DNA of 62,548 nucleotides, the filler included, from Sluysia triapertura (taxonomy: Eukaryota): NCBI GenBank assembly GCA_046118255.1. It is 5 parts of 5 records of this genome, joined end to end, with 100 filler letters (N's around TTAATTAATTAA, not from the genome) between each part and the next. Parts side by side here need not be neighbours in the genome. Positions count along the whole stretch, not along the records: positions 24,063 to 35,983 come from JBJNIA010156047.1; positions 36,084 to 51,248 come from JBJNIA010236333.1; 3 more parts are not named here. One strand, written 5' to 3'. A model generated the notes under the pieces. That model had not been told where the DNA came from. It did no database searches and saw nothing but the letters and a program-made list of their open reading frames with translations. Of the stretch, positions 24,123 through 37,751 are shown one piece after another (the stretch's first letter is position 1; each line of letters starts with the position of its first letter). A program made the translations under genes and the position numbers.

Positions 24123-25641
24123 GTAATAGTAATAATAGTTATTTATTTGGAATGTCTTGCAATATGAATGTCAATATTGGGTTTATAACCCTTGTGCGAT
24201 GTATCTCTCTATCTTTTAACGTATTCTGGAGGGTCATTTTACACTTGAAACTCTTTTGGAACTATTATAGTTTATATTTCTAACCACTCAAAATTTATCT
24301 CCAATCTCGACAAATGATAATTTGAATTCAATACATTAAACAAACAAATACAAACGTTATTGCAATAATCCGCAAACAAATGTAATATCATAGTGTTAAG
24401 AGAAATTCTTAATTCGAATCAATTTGATTTTAAATTGAATAATTTAAGTGTATTTTATGCTACTTAATATAAACTTACGAAATCGTTTAATAAAAGATTG
24501 CTTAGTCCACTAAATGTCCTAATGTTAGGAACGTAACGTTGAATTTATGAATTAAATTCAATTATTTTTACTAACATTTCATAAATATTTAATATTAGAA
24601 ATATTTGTTGTTTAAGAAATAGTTGTTTAATGTATCGTCAATGTTTAACCTTGTATAATAATTCTTCGGGTGGGCAACTATGGTAAATTGGTATTTACGA
24701 AAAAATAAACAAATAATAATAGTTTATTATTTTCCTGATGTTTTTTTAGAGAATAACAGGTTGATTTTAGTACAACCTTTAAAGTTGCTTAAAATTAACG
24801 AAAATTAGGTTTGAATTTAAACTCCCTTAAGGAAGTATAATCTTACTTTAAATAAACTAATGAGGTCTTGTGAAATATGATCAGTTTTCTCTTTCGAATG
24901 GCAGTCGTATTAACTTCAAAATTTCGTAAATTTTTTTAACAATTTTTTAAAATTAAATATAAACAAAGTCTTCCTGTGGTTAATTCAACTCCAAAACACA
25001 ACAATCATAAACAAATTAATAATCAAATTTCAACTCAATCTAACACAACAATTAAAAACTTAACAAATTACACACAACAATCAAAATAACAGTAACATGT
25101 TTCCAATTTCATAATTTCACTACTCTATTGTTATTGTTACTTTTATTATTTTCATCACTTTAGTGTTATTATCTTGTTCTATCTCTTATTCTACACATTA
25201 ATGATGTTTATTAATAGAAACCTTATGTTTGTTATTTTCATTACTTTATCCTTATTATTCTTGTTTTGTCGTTATTACTGGAGTTTATTGGACTACTTAT
25301 ATCACGATTCTTGTGTTTTAGGTTGTATCTAGAAAATCTACAAATAAGCCAAACATTTTCGATGTAAACCGAGCGAAATTTGTATCTGAAATTTAGTTCA
25401 AGCATTAACCTCTTTATTACAATTTATGGATCAATTTATGAGAATCAGAAATACGAGAAGGAATAAATAAAATTCGAATATTCGAAAATATGCTGTTTGC
25501 TCTTATGAAATAAATTTTATGATAATTTTTTAGCATTATGAAATGATCAAAGGTCAAAAGATTTATAGTGCTCAATATTTTCTTGATAAAATTGAAGCTA
25601 TTCTTAAACCATCTAATGACGATGTCGTATTAAAACTTCAG
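21766..25641 (+). CDS. Two isolated phase-0 candidate exons (21766-21822 and 25534-25641) of an unidentified gene
   Basis: TTTAG|PLNKIEFKPNHGPGLLLIE|GTATGT and TTTAG|HYEMIKGQKIYSAQYFLDKIEAILKPSNDDVVLKLQ|GTATAC. They are separated by an assembly spacer, so linkage is unproven. Confidence 0.25.
22185..22760 (-). mobile_element. Second, more decayed copy of the RLE-type non-LTR retrotransposon
   Basis: CRWCGFEQETFAH..QMGFSVKK..VGDYRRLDIQAKG..DTPVVGAFGSWDPENDSVLKKLGFRNTDITNLVRQCIKL; clearly homologous to 12835-13355. Confidence 0.85.
22860..23650 (+). repeat. Copy of the long arm repeat
   Basis: Colinear similarity to ~640-1390. Confidence 0.65.
23780..23962 (-). mobile_element. 3' end of an L2-like LINE with (ATT)n tail
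   Basis: Minus strand GCGCTTTTGAG...ATGAGCGCAATATAAATTAATATATTATT(ATT)n; nearly the same as 60573-60640 on the plus strand. Confidence 0.75.
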
Positions 25642-28559
25642 GTATACATGTGGAAATATTTAATTTTGGATAAGTTGATAGTGAAGGTCAAAGAGATCAA
25701 TGTGTCAAATAGATTGAAGTAATATTTTCAACTTTTTCGAAATTTTTTGGCAGATTGTTAATTAATAAGATGAAAATTTTAATGTTAAAAGTTTCTTTTA
25801 TGTTACAAATTTATTTACTGCATATACTTTAAATCTTTCGTTTAATTTAATTGTAGTATAATTAATAAAGAATTAGTGCTAACGGTACTTGATAAACTAT
25901 AAATTCAATTGCAAAATTTATAAATTGCAAATATTTATAAATGAAAATAAAAACATTAATTCGAAACCGAAGGCCATCGCCAATGCAATTAAAATTTCAC
26001 GTTTGTTTATCATATATGTATCTAAGCAATATCGTTTGAATTCGTATTGTCGTTTAAAATCCGAATGTCATGTTTAGTAGAATTGAATTATAAACGAAGT
26101 AGATGGATTGGATGGATGATGGGTACTAAAATAAGTTTCGATTTCAGTCAAGAAAAGAATATTACAAAATTACTTCCGGTCCTGATTGAAGAAATTTATT
26201 TCAATTTCACAAAAAACTGAATTACATTAAAAAATTGAAAGAAAACAATCCAAATCCAAATTAGAAAAAACAAAATTTGAATTAAATGACGTTATAATAA
26301 ATTGAACTGATCAAGATGTTAGTGATTGGTATTGTGTAAATAAATTAACATTGTGTCAAGAGAAAATGTCAACACATTTAATGGCAAGATATTATTAGTT
26401 GTTTAAATATGCATAAAACAGCGCCAGAATATTTTTATTCGATTGTGAAAAATGAATATGGTTTTAAATTCAAAGAAAATTTGTTGAATAAGATTAAAAT
26501 TAATGATTTAACATGAACTTAATTTAAAAAACTTTAGTTTATTTAGGCAAATTTGATGTATTTATCTAATTGATCTATAATAGTATTAAACTAAATATAT
26601 TTTATTAAGATTAAAAATCAATAATGAAAATATAATGTAAAAATGGCTTTAGAGAAAGCAGTTGATTTAATATCGCGAGCAACTATTAAAAATAGAAATA
26701 AAATTATGTTTTATAAAAATGGCACCCAATATATAATAATAGTAAAGAATGAAATCTTTCGAAAATATTTAATGATGCAATTGATCTAGTAACGTTATTA
26801 TGCAATTACGTTACCTCGATTTCGAAATTTATTACTGTCGTGGCCCAAACCATTACTGATAATTCTGTTGCATCGAAAACACATCAAATCACATTCACAA
26901 CTGCTATTACACAAGTCCTTCACTCACCTGCAAAATATTCAATACATTTTACAATTTATTTTGCAGTCCTCCAAAATATGAATTCTTATAACTTAACGTT
27001 ATTATTATCAGTATTATCATCACTAATGCGATTATATTATGCCTCTTAAATTGTATTTTGATTTAATATATCAACCTTCTAGGTCTAAAGTGCCTCCTAA
27101 TACAGAACAAGCACTTAAATTTTTTCGTAAATTCAACACTTATTCGAATGGAAATACTTATCTAAAAAGAAAAAGAAGAACACTGGATGATTTTAAAACT
27201 AATAAATCTCTAATACAATATGAACATTCAGTGTTTTAACAATAGAAAGTAATTCAAAGCTTAATTGTAACTGAAGACAATAATGTATCTTGCAGTGGTT
27301 CGATTAGATCATGAGACTGATGATAAAAATTTGACAGACTTTAAATTTGTCTGTCATGTAACCCGAAGACAACGATTTAAATATTTCTAATGATCTAAAG
27401 TTGTTATCTAATGGTCAAAGTATGATCACAATTATAATTGAATTCTTCAAAACATTCAGTTTACAGCTCCTATTATATTTGCGCACATTAAGTACATCTT
27501 ATCATTTAAGTAAGATTGTGCTTGTTTTATACAGAATGTAAAAATAAGAATAGATGCATTAAACATTAAATTACATATTAGTTTAATATTTTTATTATTT
27601 ATTATTTTTGTTTAATTATCTTTATTATCTTTATTTTGCTTATTAGCAGTAATCCAAATTGTATTATAATTATATTAATTATGATGTCTCTTCTTTTGTT
27701 TGGAAAAATAGAATAGTATAGACTCAAGTTGTTTATTCCTTTAACAATAACGCTAAATTAAGTTATATTACTCAAAACAAAAAGTTCTATCTAACTCCAA
27801 ACTAAGAATAACTTTTTTTAGTATTTTTTAAAGATTTATTATTTTATTTTTATTTTATAATATATTTGCACTTATCAATTCCCAGAATTAGTACATCTTA
27901 TTCCAAATCACATACTAAATTCACATACAAATATTTTAAACCCAATAGTAAATATTTTAAACTCAAATAGTAATGTCTATTTTACCTAATTCTGATATTT
28001 ATATATTTAATAGTACTCCTTTTAATTGTGGAGTACAATAAAATAGATTGTTGGATTTAATAGAAATATGATGACAATTATTATTAATGAAATCAGAATG
28101 GAGCTTAGAGCGCTGATAAAATGAACTCGATTACATTATTGAGTATTATTGAGTAGACAGATAATAAGTTTTAAAAATAAAATTAAACCTGCTATTAACA
28201 ATACAAATAGATCGAAGCTGGACTTTAATGTAAAATATCTTTATTTAATATAATATTAATATCTTTAAAATCTGTTAATACACTTTCTTGTATAGCTGCA
28301 TCTCTCAAATTTAAAATATCTTTATTTAGTATAAAGATATTTATTTAATGTCTTCAAAATCGTTTAGTACACTTTCTTGGACAGTTACATCTTTTAAATT
28401 AATATCTTTATTTAATATAATATTAATATCTTTAATATCTGTTAATACATTTTCTAGTATAGTTACGTCTCTTTATTGAGTATAACTTCACTAATAGTTA
28501 TTCTTTTTATCACTTCATCTACTTGGCTTACAAACTTTTTATCATAGGTAATTTTTATC

Positions 28560-29516
28560 ATCATCCAATTTTTAAAATGATTTTTGATTATTAATGCTTT
28601 AGGAAAGAAGACTTCAACAGAAGGAGCTTGTCCGCTAATAGAGTTATTTCTATTCTATTTCCCCAATTTCTTCATTGAAACGAGATAACCAATTTTCAAA
28701 AATACTTTTTGTCATCCAAGCTTTGCGCGAGGTATGATATTCGATGCGATAAGTTTTAGATCCGCTCCTCTCATGGTGACTTAGACTGTCCCATTATGAA
28801 TGGATTATAATATTGTGAGGTGATTCTTTTTTAAACAAAACCTTTACTTGAAAGTATTTTATAAAAAACTGCTTTTTCATCGCAATTGAAAACATTTCCT
28901 TCGCCATAATTCTCAATTAAATTGTTAACTGTTTGCCGAAAGTTTTCTGCACTTTCGTTATCTGCTCATGTTTGAATTTGATATTAAATTGTTTATTGAA
29001 TTTGAAGCGACAAAGTTTGTATTGGAATTCTTATCTGCGATTTTATATGCAATAAGCTTCAAAGTTGGCTTACTGATTGCGATCTGAGATAATGACAAGT
29101 TTTGCCATCATCTATATTCAATTGGTATTGCATTGACTCATTTATTTTGGAGCAAGAGTGAGTTAAAATTTCTTTCATTTTCAATTTCAGACGTTGTAGA
29201 CTTCCTTTAGAAATAAGATATTTCTCACAGTGTTCTTACATATTCTGATCTTTTGATTATAAGTTAACTTTCTTGCCATATTCGTTAACTTTTCTAAATA
29301 TTTGCAAAATAAATTGAAAAATTGAGAATAATAAACATTTATCAGATTGAAATTTATTTTAATTTATCTCAAGCAAAATAGTTTTCTTGAATACTTCGAA
29401 ATTTTTTAAAAAATTAATATATTAAAAATCTTTATTAATTTTTTTTCAATTATTAATAATTTTTCCCAAAATTGGGGCTTTCACAGCTGAGGTTTATCCC
29501 AAGTAGAGTTGTACTG
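28560..29516 (-). mobile_element. Decayed pogo/Tigger-like DNA transposon
   Basis: GNVFNCDEKAVF and YHTSRKAWMTKSIFENWLSRF (DDE_1 family motifs); terminus GAGTTGTACTG|TA at 29506-29518. Confidence 0.8.
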
Positions 29517-29651
29517 TATATTCACTATGTTATATGGTTTAATTTTTAAGAACCTCCTACCATAAACTAAATAATCTGAATCTTTTAATGAGTTCACTTA
29601 CTCTCCAGACTTACTTTCCAGACTTACTCTCAGTTAAGGTGTTGTCCGCAG

Positions 29652-29720
29652 CAGCGTTTCTCAACTTTTTTACCCGCGACCCAATAAGATTTTTTCAGAT
29701 TGTTCTGCGACCAAATTTTT
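29652..29720 (+). mobile_element. Single hAT-Charlie-like terminus
   Basis: CAGCGTTTCTCAACTTTTTT followed by GCGACCCA subterminal motifs; partner end not found. Confidence 0.5.
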
Positions 29721-29962
29721 TATTACATAATGGAATGCTAAGTGTTGTTGATAACTGTTATGTAAAAAAATGTTGATAATAACTACTATGTAAAATGTTG
29801 ATATTCATTTAATTCATTTTTGTAATAATCATTTAATTCATTTTTCACTAAAATAACTTTTCATTAAAATAATATATTTTTTTACAATGAAGTCCGAAAA
29901 TGAAATAATATATCATCATAAATATTTATTACTATTATTTGTAACTCATTTATTATCATAAA

Positions 29963-30024
<62 letters not shown>

Positions 30025-30065
30025 GGTATTCTATACTACTAAAATTATTCTGTACATAAATATTA

Positions 30066-31056
30066 CTAACGGAAATCAACGGTTTTTGATTTATTAAATT
30101 CTAAATTTGTAAAAACATCTTCTGCATCACGTGTATTTCTTGATTCTGCTAAGTGCATTATTTGTGACATTCTAAAATTCTTTTCATTATTCTTTTGATC
30201 ATTACTGTTTAATTCGGATGGTACAATTCTTACGACTTTATGGATGTTTCGGATTAGTTGATAACTTATCGTTTTATCTGCTTGGTCTAATGCTAAAAGT
30301 TGAATATAAGAAAAATTTTCTCTAATTACGTTCTTATGTTGCATCATCATCAAAATTCTCGACTAGGAATTTGTGCAACCGTATCGACATCAAAATCTGT
30401 AAGTTCAGTAATTAGAACAGTAATCTCTAAATTTTTCTTTAGTAATTTTCTACATTCTTGCTTTATCGAATTAATTATAGTAATCAAAATCTTTATGTAT
30501 ATCAAAGATTGATTGTTATATAAATCATGCTGCATAACTTGAACATAGTAATTGGTGGTTTTTCCACAACAGGCTTCAAATCGACCAATGATATCTTTGC
30601 AATTAATCAAACTTGAAGTAACATGTCGTTGAAATGCATTGATTATCAACCGTTTTGAATTATCTATATTGTTCGTAGGCAATAATTCCAAAGTATTACG
30701 GATCTTATTCAGACATAACAGACACGTAAGACATAGTATATTATTTTGTATTTTTCGATATTCGAAAAGAACCTTGATATAATTAGGTAACATATGAGTT
30801 CTGAACAAAACGTTGTAAGGATTATTAGATATGTCTAGACAAATTTTATCTAATGATGAATTATATGATATAAGTACATTTTAACGATAAACGAAACATT
30901 AATTTTATTCTCCAATTCATCGATAATTTCATTTAACATTTCCGCGTTGTTAGTTTATAAATATATCATGTCTATTTCAGGTTCGTGAACTTTATAATCA
31001 TCTTCATAATCATAATCTTCCTCTATATCATGATATTCAGTGTCAGTATCAAACAT
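30066..31056 (-). pseudogene. Highly degenerate DEAD-box helicase N-terminal (RecA1) fragment
   Basis: Q-motif/motif I-like NAFQRHVTSSLINCKDIIGRFEACCGKTTNY; motif Ia apparently deleted before IKQECRKL; motif Ib-like TVAQIPSR; frameshift near 30353; motif II-like IQLLALDQADK. The upstream acidic segment contains a stop. Confidence 0.7.
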
Positions 31057-33229
31057 CTACTAATTATTTAATATTGTACAATTTACGAAAATGAAACACC
31101 GATTTTTGTAAGGTGATATCGTTTTTAGAGATATCTATTAGCAGTATAACATAAATAATTAATACAAATAATACCACTAATTTTTTAAGAACGTGATAAC
31201 TTTGAAAGAGATAATATACTAACAGTATTACATAAATAGTTGGTACTAATAATTCTAGTAATTGAGTTGTTACTAAATGTTCTAACTACTAATTGAAAAT
31301 AATTTTTGTCCTAGTTTTGTGTATTGTCACTGGCTGACCAATCAGAACAGGTTTTGAGGAAGTACTAAAAATTTTAGTTGGTGTTAATACACAATAAAAC
31401 AATATCAAAGTATGATTAACTGTGATCAGTCAACAGTAAACGAGGCGACACACAAAAAAAATGATTTTAAATGCCTGTCGACTGATGGTAGATTAAATAG
31501 TTAAAATATAAGAATAAGATAGTGGTAGAAACCACTAAATAACAATTTTAATTAAAATTAATGAGAAGTATTAATGATTATAATAATTATAGTAAATAAT
31601 AATAATTAATAATAATGATAATAAAAATGTTTGATTTCATTGTTGCATTGTGATGTGGAAAGGCATCGAATTGAGCTGTCAATTTGTATGTAGGGATTTT
31701 CTAAAACAGGTTTTTTGTAGATATGATTATGAAGAATCTCAGTGTATCCTTTAGAACCTTTATCAAATAATATATTCGAAGCAGCTCCATTTCGTGGAAA
31801 TCACTTATAATTCTATAACGATTCATAAAATATTTAATTATTAACATTATTTATTTTAAATTAGACCATATTAAATTTTACTAATGAAAATAATCTTTTA
31901 TTACTAAATTTTAATATAACATTTAATTTAGTCAAAATATTTAGCAGAATTATTATTATTGAATTAGTTTTAACACTTTAAATTGATACATTTTTAAAGT
32001 ACGTCATAAATAATCTAACTGGCCATTTTTGACAGTTGGGCGTTTTGTACCGCTCTGCAATCAAAAGTGCTTGGAATGCATCTTATAATATTTCTGAAAT
32101 AGAGATCTTTGTCTTTGTCTTTGTCATCAAGTGATTTGAAACAATGTATATATATACTGCCAAAGATTTCCTTTTTTAATTGGAGAATTTTAAATCTTTG
32201 TTGCGTAGACCATAAAATATTTTTTCCTTAAACCGCCGTCACAGTTGATTCAACCTTGTAGAACAGTTTAAAAAAACTAATAACTTGCGACAACCACGAC
32301 GTAACATAAGGTAAAGGTGTTTAAATATTTGATTCAATGAATGCATTTTATCATTCCAAAAACTAATAACGAATTTAATTTAAATTTTAACAAATGCTTG
32401 GATTATTTTTAATTATTCAATATTTGTATAATTATTTTCTGTTTTCTAGTTTTAGCTTGTTCAGAAATTAATGCTTCATTAATATATAAATTAAAATGTA
32501 AGTGAAAAGAAATATGTCGGTAACATATCAGCGTATTAGTAAGTGTTTGATTGTTGTATGGTTTTGTTATAACAAATAAATAAATGATAGTATTCAGGTT
32601 CCACATATTTTTAGCAAATTTTGAAAGGAAAAAAATATAGAATTTCTTAAGTCTTTTAAGATATTTTAGAACCGTTGAAATATCATTTCAAAACATATCA
32701 AGATTCATACAATCATTTAGGCATTTAAAAATGTCTAAAATTTTTAAAATTCTTTTGAAATAAAATTATTATAAAAAAGTACAAGTTTGATATGTTAATA
32801 ATTGGCATGTTTAAGTAGAAAATGAACCAGTTGATGAAAGTAAAAACATCTAGAATCTTGTGCATATTTTTGTTAAGTACCAAATAACTTTAGAATATTG
32901 ACAGAACCTTTAATCATAAAATAGAATAAATTATAAAAATAGGTTAATTAATTAAAATCTTAATTAAAGAAAAAAATTTTTTATAAAATATTTCATTACT
33001 ACAATTAATTTATGATTTTGTATTAGTTCGTCTTAATTAGATCTTTCGATAGAAGTATGATGTGGCTGAGTTCATGCAATAGAGATACCATAATATTATC
33101 CAAAATCACATTTTAATTAAAAATTAGAAAGACGTAATGAAATTGTGTTGGTATTTGTATTAGTGAGAATAATTTGGAAATGTGTTTGATAGGTAGAACC
33201 TTAAACGTTTTTCATTAGAAATTTTGCCA

Positions 33230-33558
33230 TGAATAACTGAATATTAAATAAATTCTACAAACTAAAGTTAAAATTATTATTTATAAATATTTTGTAGTAA
33301 TTATTTTAATTTTCGAAATACTTCATATAAAACTGGATCGAGTAAAGTAGAATAAAATGGTAGTTGATCATTAATCAAATTAATATCGCCGTCAAAGTTG
33401 TCCTTGTCGGCTCAGTTCTCAAGAGATATATTCAGATGATTTGTGTTAGATTTGAAACTCAAGAATGATTTGAAGATAAAAATGTATAAAAGGAAGAGTT
33501 GTACAAAATTGAACACAAGAATATTAACTTTTTATTATTCGCCTATGATGACGCAACA
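33230..33558 (-). repeat. Inverted copy of part of the arm repeat, followed by a GACGCAACA terminus
   Basis: Reverse complement of ~880-1140; GATGACGCAACA at ~33547-33558. Confidence 0.6.
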
Positions 33559-33804
33559 CATTCAATCGAGTTGAACCAAGATGAATTTTTTCTTTTTTTG
33601 TAATCAGATAAGTGCTACATATTAGATATTCTGGGATTTATAAATATATTTTTTAATCAGATCACTATAGTTGTTGCTTATGAAAAGTAACTTATGCTCA
33701 GATAATTATTGAATGTTTATAAACAACTTATCAAATTTAACTTTCGAAACTTATGTTACGCGGCAGAAAGAAATGTTAACCAACCAAAATTGTAAAACCT
33801 AATA

Positions 33805-33984
33805 CCCTAAAATCTTATTTATAAGCCGCACTAATATTGAAGTTTTTATGGCTCAATGAATATGAGTTGGATAAAATTTTATTTCTTTTTTTTCAACTAC
33901 TCGAGTGTAAGTCGCATCATAATTTTCTTTGATTTATCTATTTTTTTCATTTGTATAAGACGAGGCTTATATACAAGATTTAGT
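33805..33984. mobile_element. pogo/Tigger-type MITE
   Basis: TA|CCCTAAAATCTTATTTATAAGCC pairs imperfectly with GGCTTATATACAAGATTTAG; internal TAAGTCGCA and TATAAGACG repeats. Confidence 0.6.
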
Positions 33985-34002
33985 TATTCCTATCAATAAT
34001 TG

Positions 34003-34060
<58 letters not shown>

Positions 34061-36083
34061 ACAATATTAATATATTTATGATTTAGTGTACTATTTACGT
34101 ATTGGTTAATACTTTTTATGATTAATAAATAAATGTTTGGCGAATACTCTTTAAGATTGTTTATTCTTATGATAATTAAACAATTTATTTATTATGCTAC
34201 ATTGCCAAACAAACTTAATGTGATGATTAGTTTAAAAAAAGTTTATTAAAATTTATAAATTATATTTAAGATAATAAATTGTATAAAATTATTTTCTCAT
34301 GTTTGTAATATAAATCCTTCATTGCAAAAAAATTCTTCATATTTTCTAGAATTGCATTATCGTATGTAAAGCATTTCAGAATCTGCATCTAATGTTCTAT
34401 GAATTTTTGAATATTCGTAGAATTCATTCGATTATACGCTTAAAATTCTCACATCTAATTAAAATGATTAAAATTCAGATGTAGAAAAATACATTAATAC
34501 TTTCATATCTTTGGATCAATAAATTCTGAAAGTATTAATATTCTAGTTTCCATCGTTCAGATTTCTGGTTGACGTTTCATTTGAGATAAAAAATATGTCC
34601 TATCAAATCTATCAAAATATCGGTTACTTTTCCTGTTATATTATGAGAAATGATTTTTCTTAAAAAATATAAAATTTTTTAAATGTCTTTTATATCTATA
34701 TCTTAATGTGTTTCTATTAAATCTATTTCTTGAGATGGTAAATAAATAAACTTATAAAAACATATTATGCCTGTTTTAAATTTAAATTCTAAACAAACTT
34801 ATTTTGATAAATTTATTTTTACTTTTAGAATGTAATATTCACTTTAAATTTTTTTTAATATTTAATAAAATAGTATAATTATAAATATTTCTTATAATAG
34901 AAGTATTATAATGAAATTTAAGCTATAAAGTATATCATTAATAGTATCATTTTCAGATTTTTCACAAATACTCAATAAATTCACCGATTCAAGCAGTATT
35001 GTTATAAAATTGAACTTATTAAAAATAAGCAACAATATCAAACAATTTCAAAAATCATCTCAGTATCAGTCAACAATTTATTATCCAGAAATATTTTTAT
35101 TAAATGAAAATCAGTAAGTTTAAAATATATTTTTAACTACAATGTTTTGCAAAAATAATTATTTACTTTGCAAAATAGAAACATTGTTATTTTATTACAC
35201 TTTTTATTGTCATATATACATATGTATGTATATAAAATTTTATCGATGTGCATTATTTGCAATGCTATACAATTATGTTAGATTATTTTTATCATAATTT
35301 CAAAAATAAAAAACAATCACAATAACGGTGCATTAAAAATAACTTTCTATAACAATCTGTATTAATATTTATAATCCAATTTTTGATATTCTCTATTGAA
35401 CTTAACTTTTTAAAAGAAAAAATTAATATCATGTGTGAAGCTTTCACAACGTTCTAAAATTAAATTTAAAAATTAAATAATGAATAACATGTAACTTAAT
35501 CGACTTTTTAATTGTACATATAAAATAATACGAAATCATTAGTATGAGCACTTTACATTTTTTATTGATTTGCTCATATTTCTATTCGTGAAGAATCTTT
35601 ATATATTGCTTTTTCTATGGTTTTAAACCAAACTTCTTAACTGAAAACACATAAAAAAAGGAGCATTATTTTTAGATGTAGACTCTTTGCAAACAGAAAT
35701 CAAACAGAAATACCTCATGTAGCCAAGGATGTGGTTTCTTAGCATATATAGCTTAATTTAGCTCAACACTCAGCTTGGTGATGCAACATGGTCAACATCA
35801 GTTGAACAGCTGGTGTCAGTGTGCACTAAGATAAGCTTGAGGTTGTATCAACAAAAAATAAACCAATGCTTGGCCATTTATACTACTTTTGTTGCCTTGG
35901 ATGTAAAGGCATAAAAATACGTCTTTTACTACAACTATAAAATTTAGTTCCTAACGTATTTGTGAAACTTTTTTTTTTAATGTNNNNNNNNNNNNNNNNN
36001 NNNNNNNNNNNNNNNNNNNNNNNNNNNTTAATTAATTAANNNNNNNNNNNNNNNNNNNNNNNNNNNNNNNNNNNNNNNNNNNN

Positions 36084-36420
36084 CTGAGGGGGCCAATGAA
36101 TGAATACGTGTGCTCCACCGAAAATTTATGTATGCTGACGATATTCTTAATCCATGAATATGTTGTTTGGTTTTTATTTTATATACAAGCATACTGTTCG
36201 TTACAAATATAATTGTTTTTTGGTGCTGTATGGGGTCCCGAATTTAATATTTTGCACAGGCTAGTTGTGGTATAGTTTTCCTTACATAACTCTAAAGCAA
36301 AGTAAAGAAACCTATCGAATTTGGATATAATCCACCACTTGAAACGTGCAGTAGTGGCATCTGTAGCTATGTTAAAACTGTCGGACGTATTTATTCTTGT
36401 AGAAGAATAAATAATCAACT
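36084..36420 (+). mobile_element. Reverse-transcriptase remnant (non-LTR)
   Basis: FMYADDIL motif near 36125-36150; the surrounding frame is broken. Confidence 0.4.
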
Positions 36421-37548
36421 AATTTAATGTCAAAATCAAGAATATTTTCGATATTGCTAAGAGTTTTCATATCGATATTTATTTGCTTTGCAATTCACAA
36501 ATATAACAGCTTAAATTTATTCAATTAGTACTTTTATTAAAAAATTTATTTACAAATAAAATTGACAAAAATTTTGGGACATGATAATGTTAAAATAATT
36601 TTAAAAATAATGCTCAAAATTGAGATTATAATGCTTTTGTATTAATTTAAAATGAGATTACAAAGAGTTAATTTAAATTCAAAATTTGATAACACATAAC
36701 AATCAATTTTAAATTGAAGTTGTATAAATGATCATTTTAAAGTGAGATCTAATAAAGACAGCATGAAATTAAAATTTATAAACATTAAACCTTACTATTA
36801 TGGTTAAGAAATTATCTTAAAATAAGAATTAATAATAACAATTCGAAATCAAACTTTAATAACATAAAATCCGATTAAAATTATCTTAAAAAACATGATT
36901 CAGAATACTATATGTAAGTTAAAAATTATATTAAACTGAGATAGAATAGAACTAGTATGTAATTATTAAAGATTTGATGGAACGGATAAAGTTATATGTA
37001 ATCAAAATTTAAAAGCATTATTATTATTATTTAAAATTATTTTAAATTTTTATTCAATAAAAATGACAAAATGAAAAGTTAACAAGATAATTCGAAACAG
37101 AAAGATTAATATCGAAAAAAAGTACTTAAATTAACTATAAGTATTATTTGATGAATTAATCCGTTGAGAAAAATAGAGCTCGATAAATATTTCACGTTAG
37201 ATTAAAAATAAGGAAGAAAACGTTTTAAGGACTCTTATAAAGCATATTGGAGAGTTTAAAGATAAATAAAAACTTTATAAAGAAAGTCAAATAAATTGAG
37301 TTTCGTAAAGTAATTTTTTAACATTAAAGTAGTAGAACGTTTCGTCAGCACTTCTATCTCGAATAATTGAGTCGAGTATTCGAGTTCACGCTTCCAGATA
37401 AGGTAAACATAATAGAGGAAATTTTCATTAATAAAAGATTGTACCTTCAACTAAATTTAAGTAGTGAAATTTTTATTAAGTTTAGATTAGAATTCATTTA
37501 AGCACATTCGAATTCTAAAAAGCATTAATTTTTTTAATTTTTTACAAC

Positions 37549-37589
<41 letters not shown>

Positions 37590-37751
37590 GACATTACACG
37601 ATTTTTACGTGATATATTACAGAAACTTTTTTTGTTTCTCAATACAAATTATATCGATTTTGTTAATATTGTTCTACGTTCCAATTTTATGAAATTTCTG
37701 AATATATTACAATTCAAATGCCATATAATTATATTTTAAATATAAAATAAC

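Noticed and set aside
26100-27400. Coding-like broken frames, one with a SWIM-like C..C..H pattern
   Set aside because: Too degraded to assign; no convincing motif set.
32020-34660. Broken exon-like segments on minus (32020-32370, 34300-34630)
   Set aside because: Multiple stops and no recognisable homology; not supportable as features.
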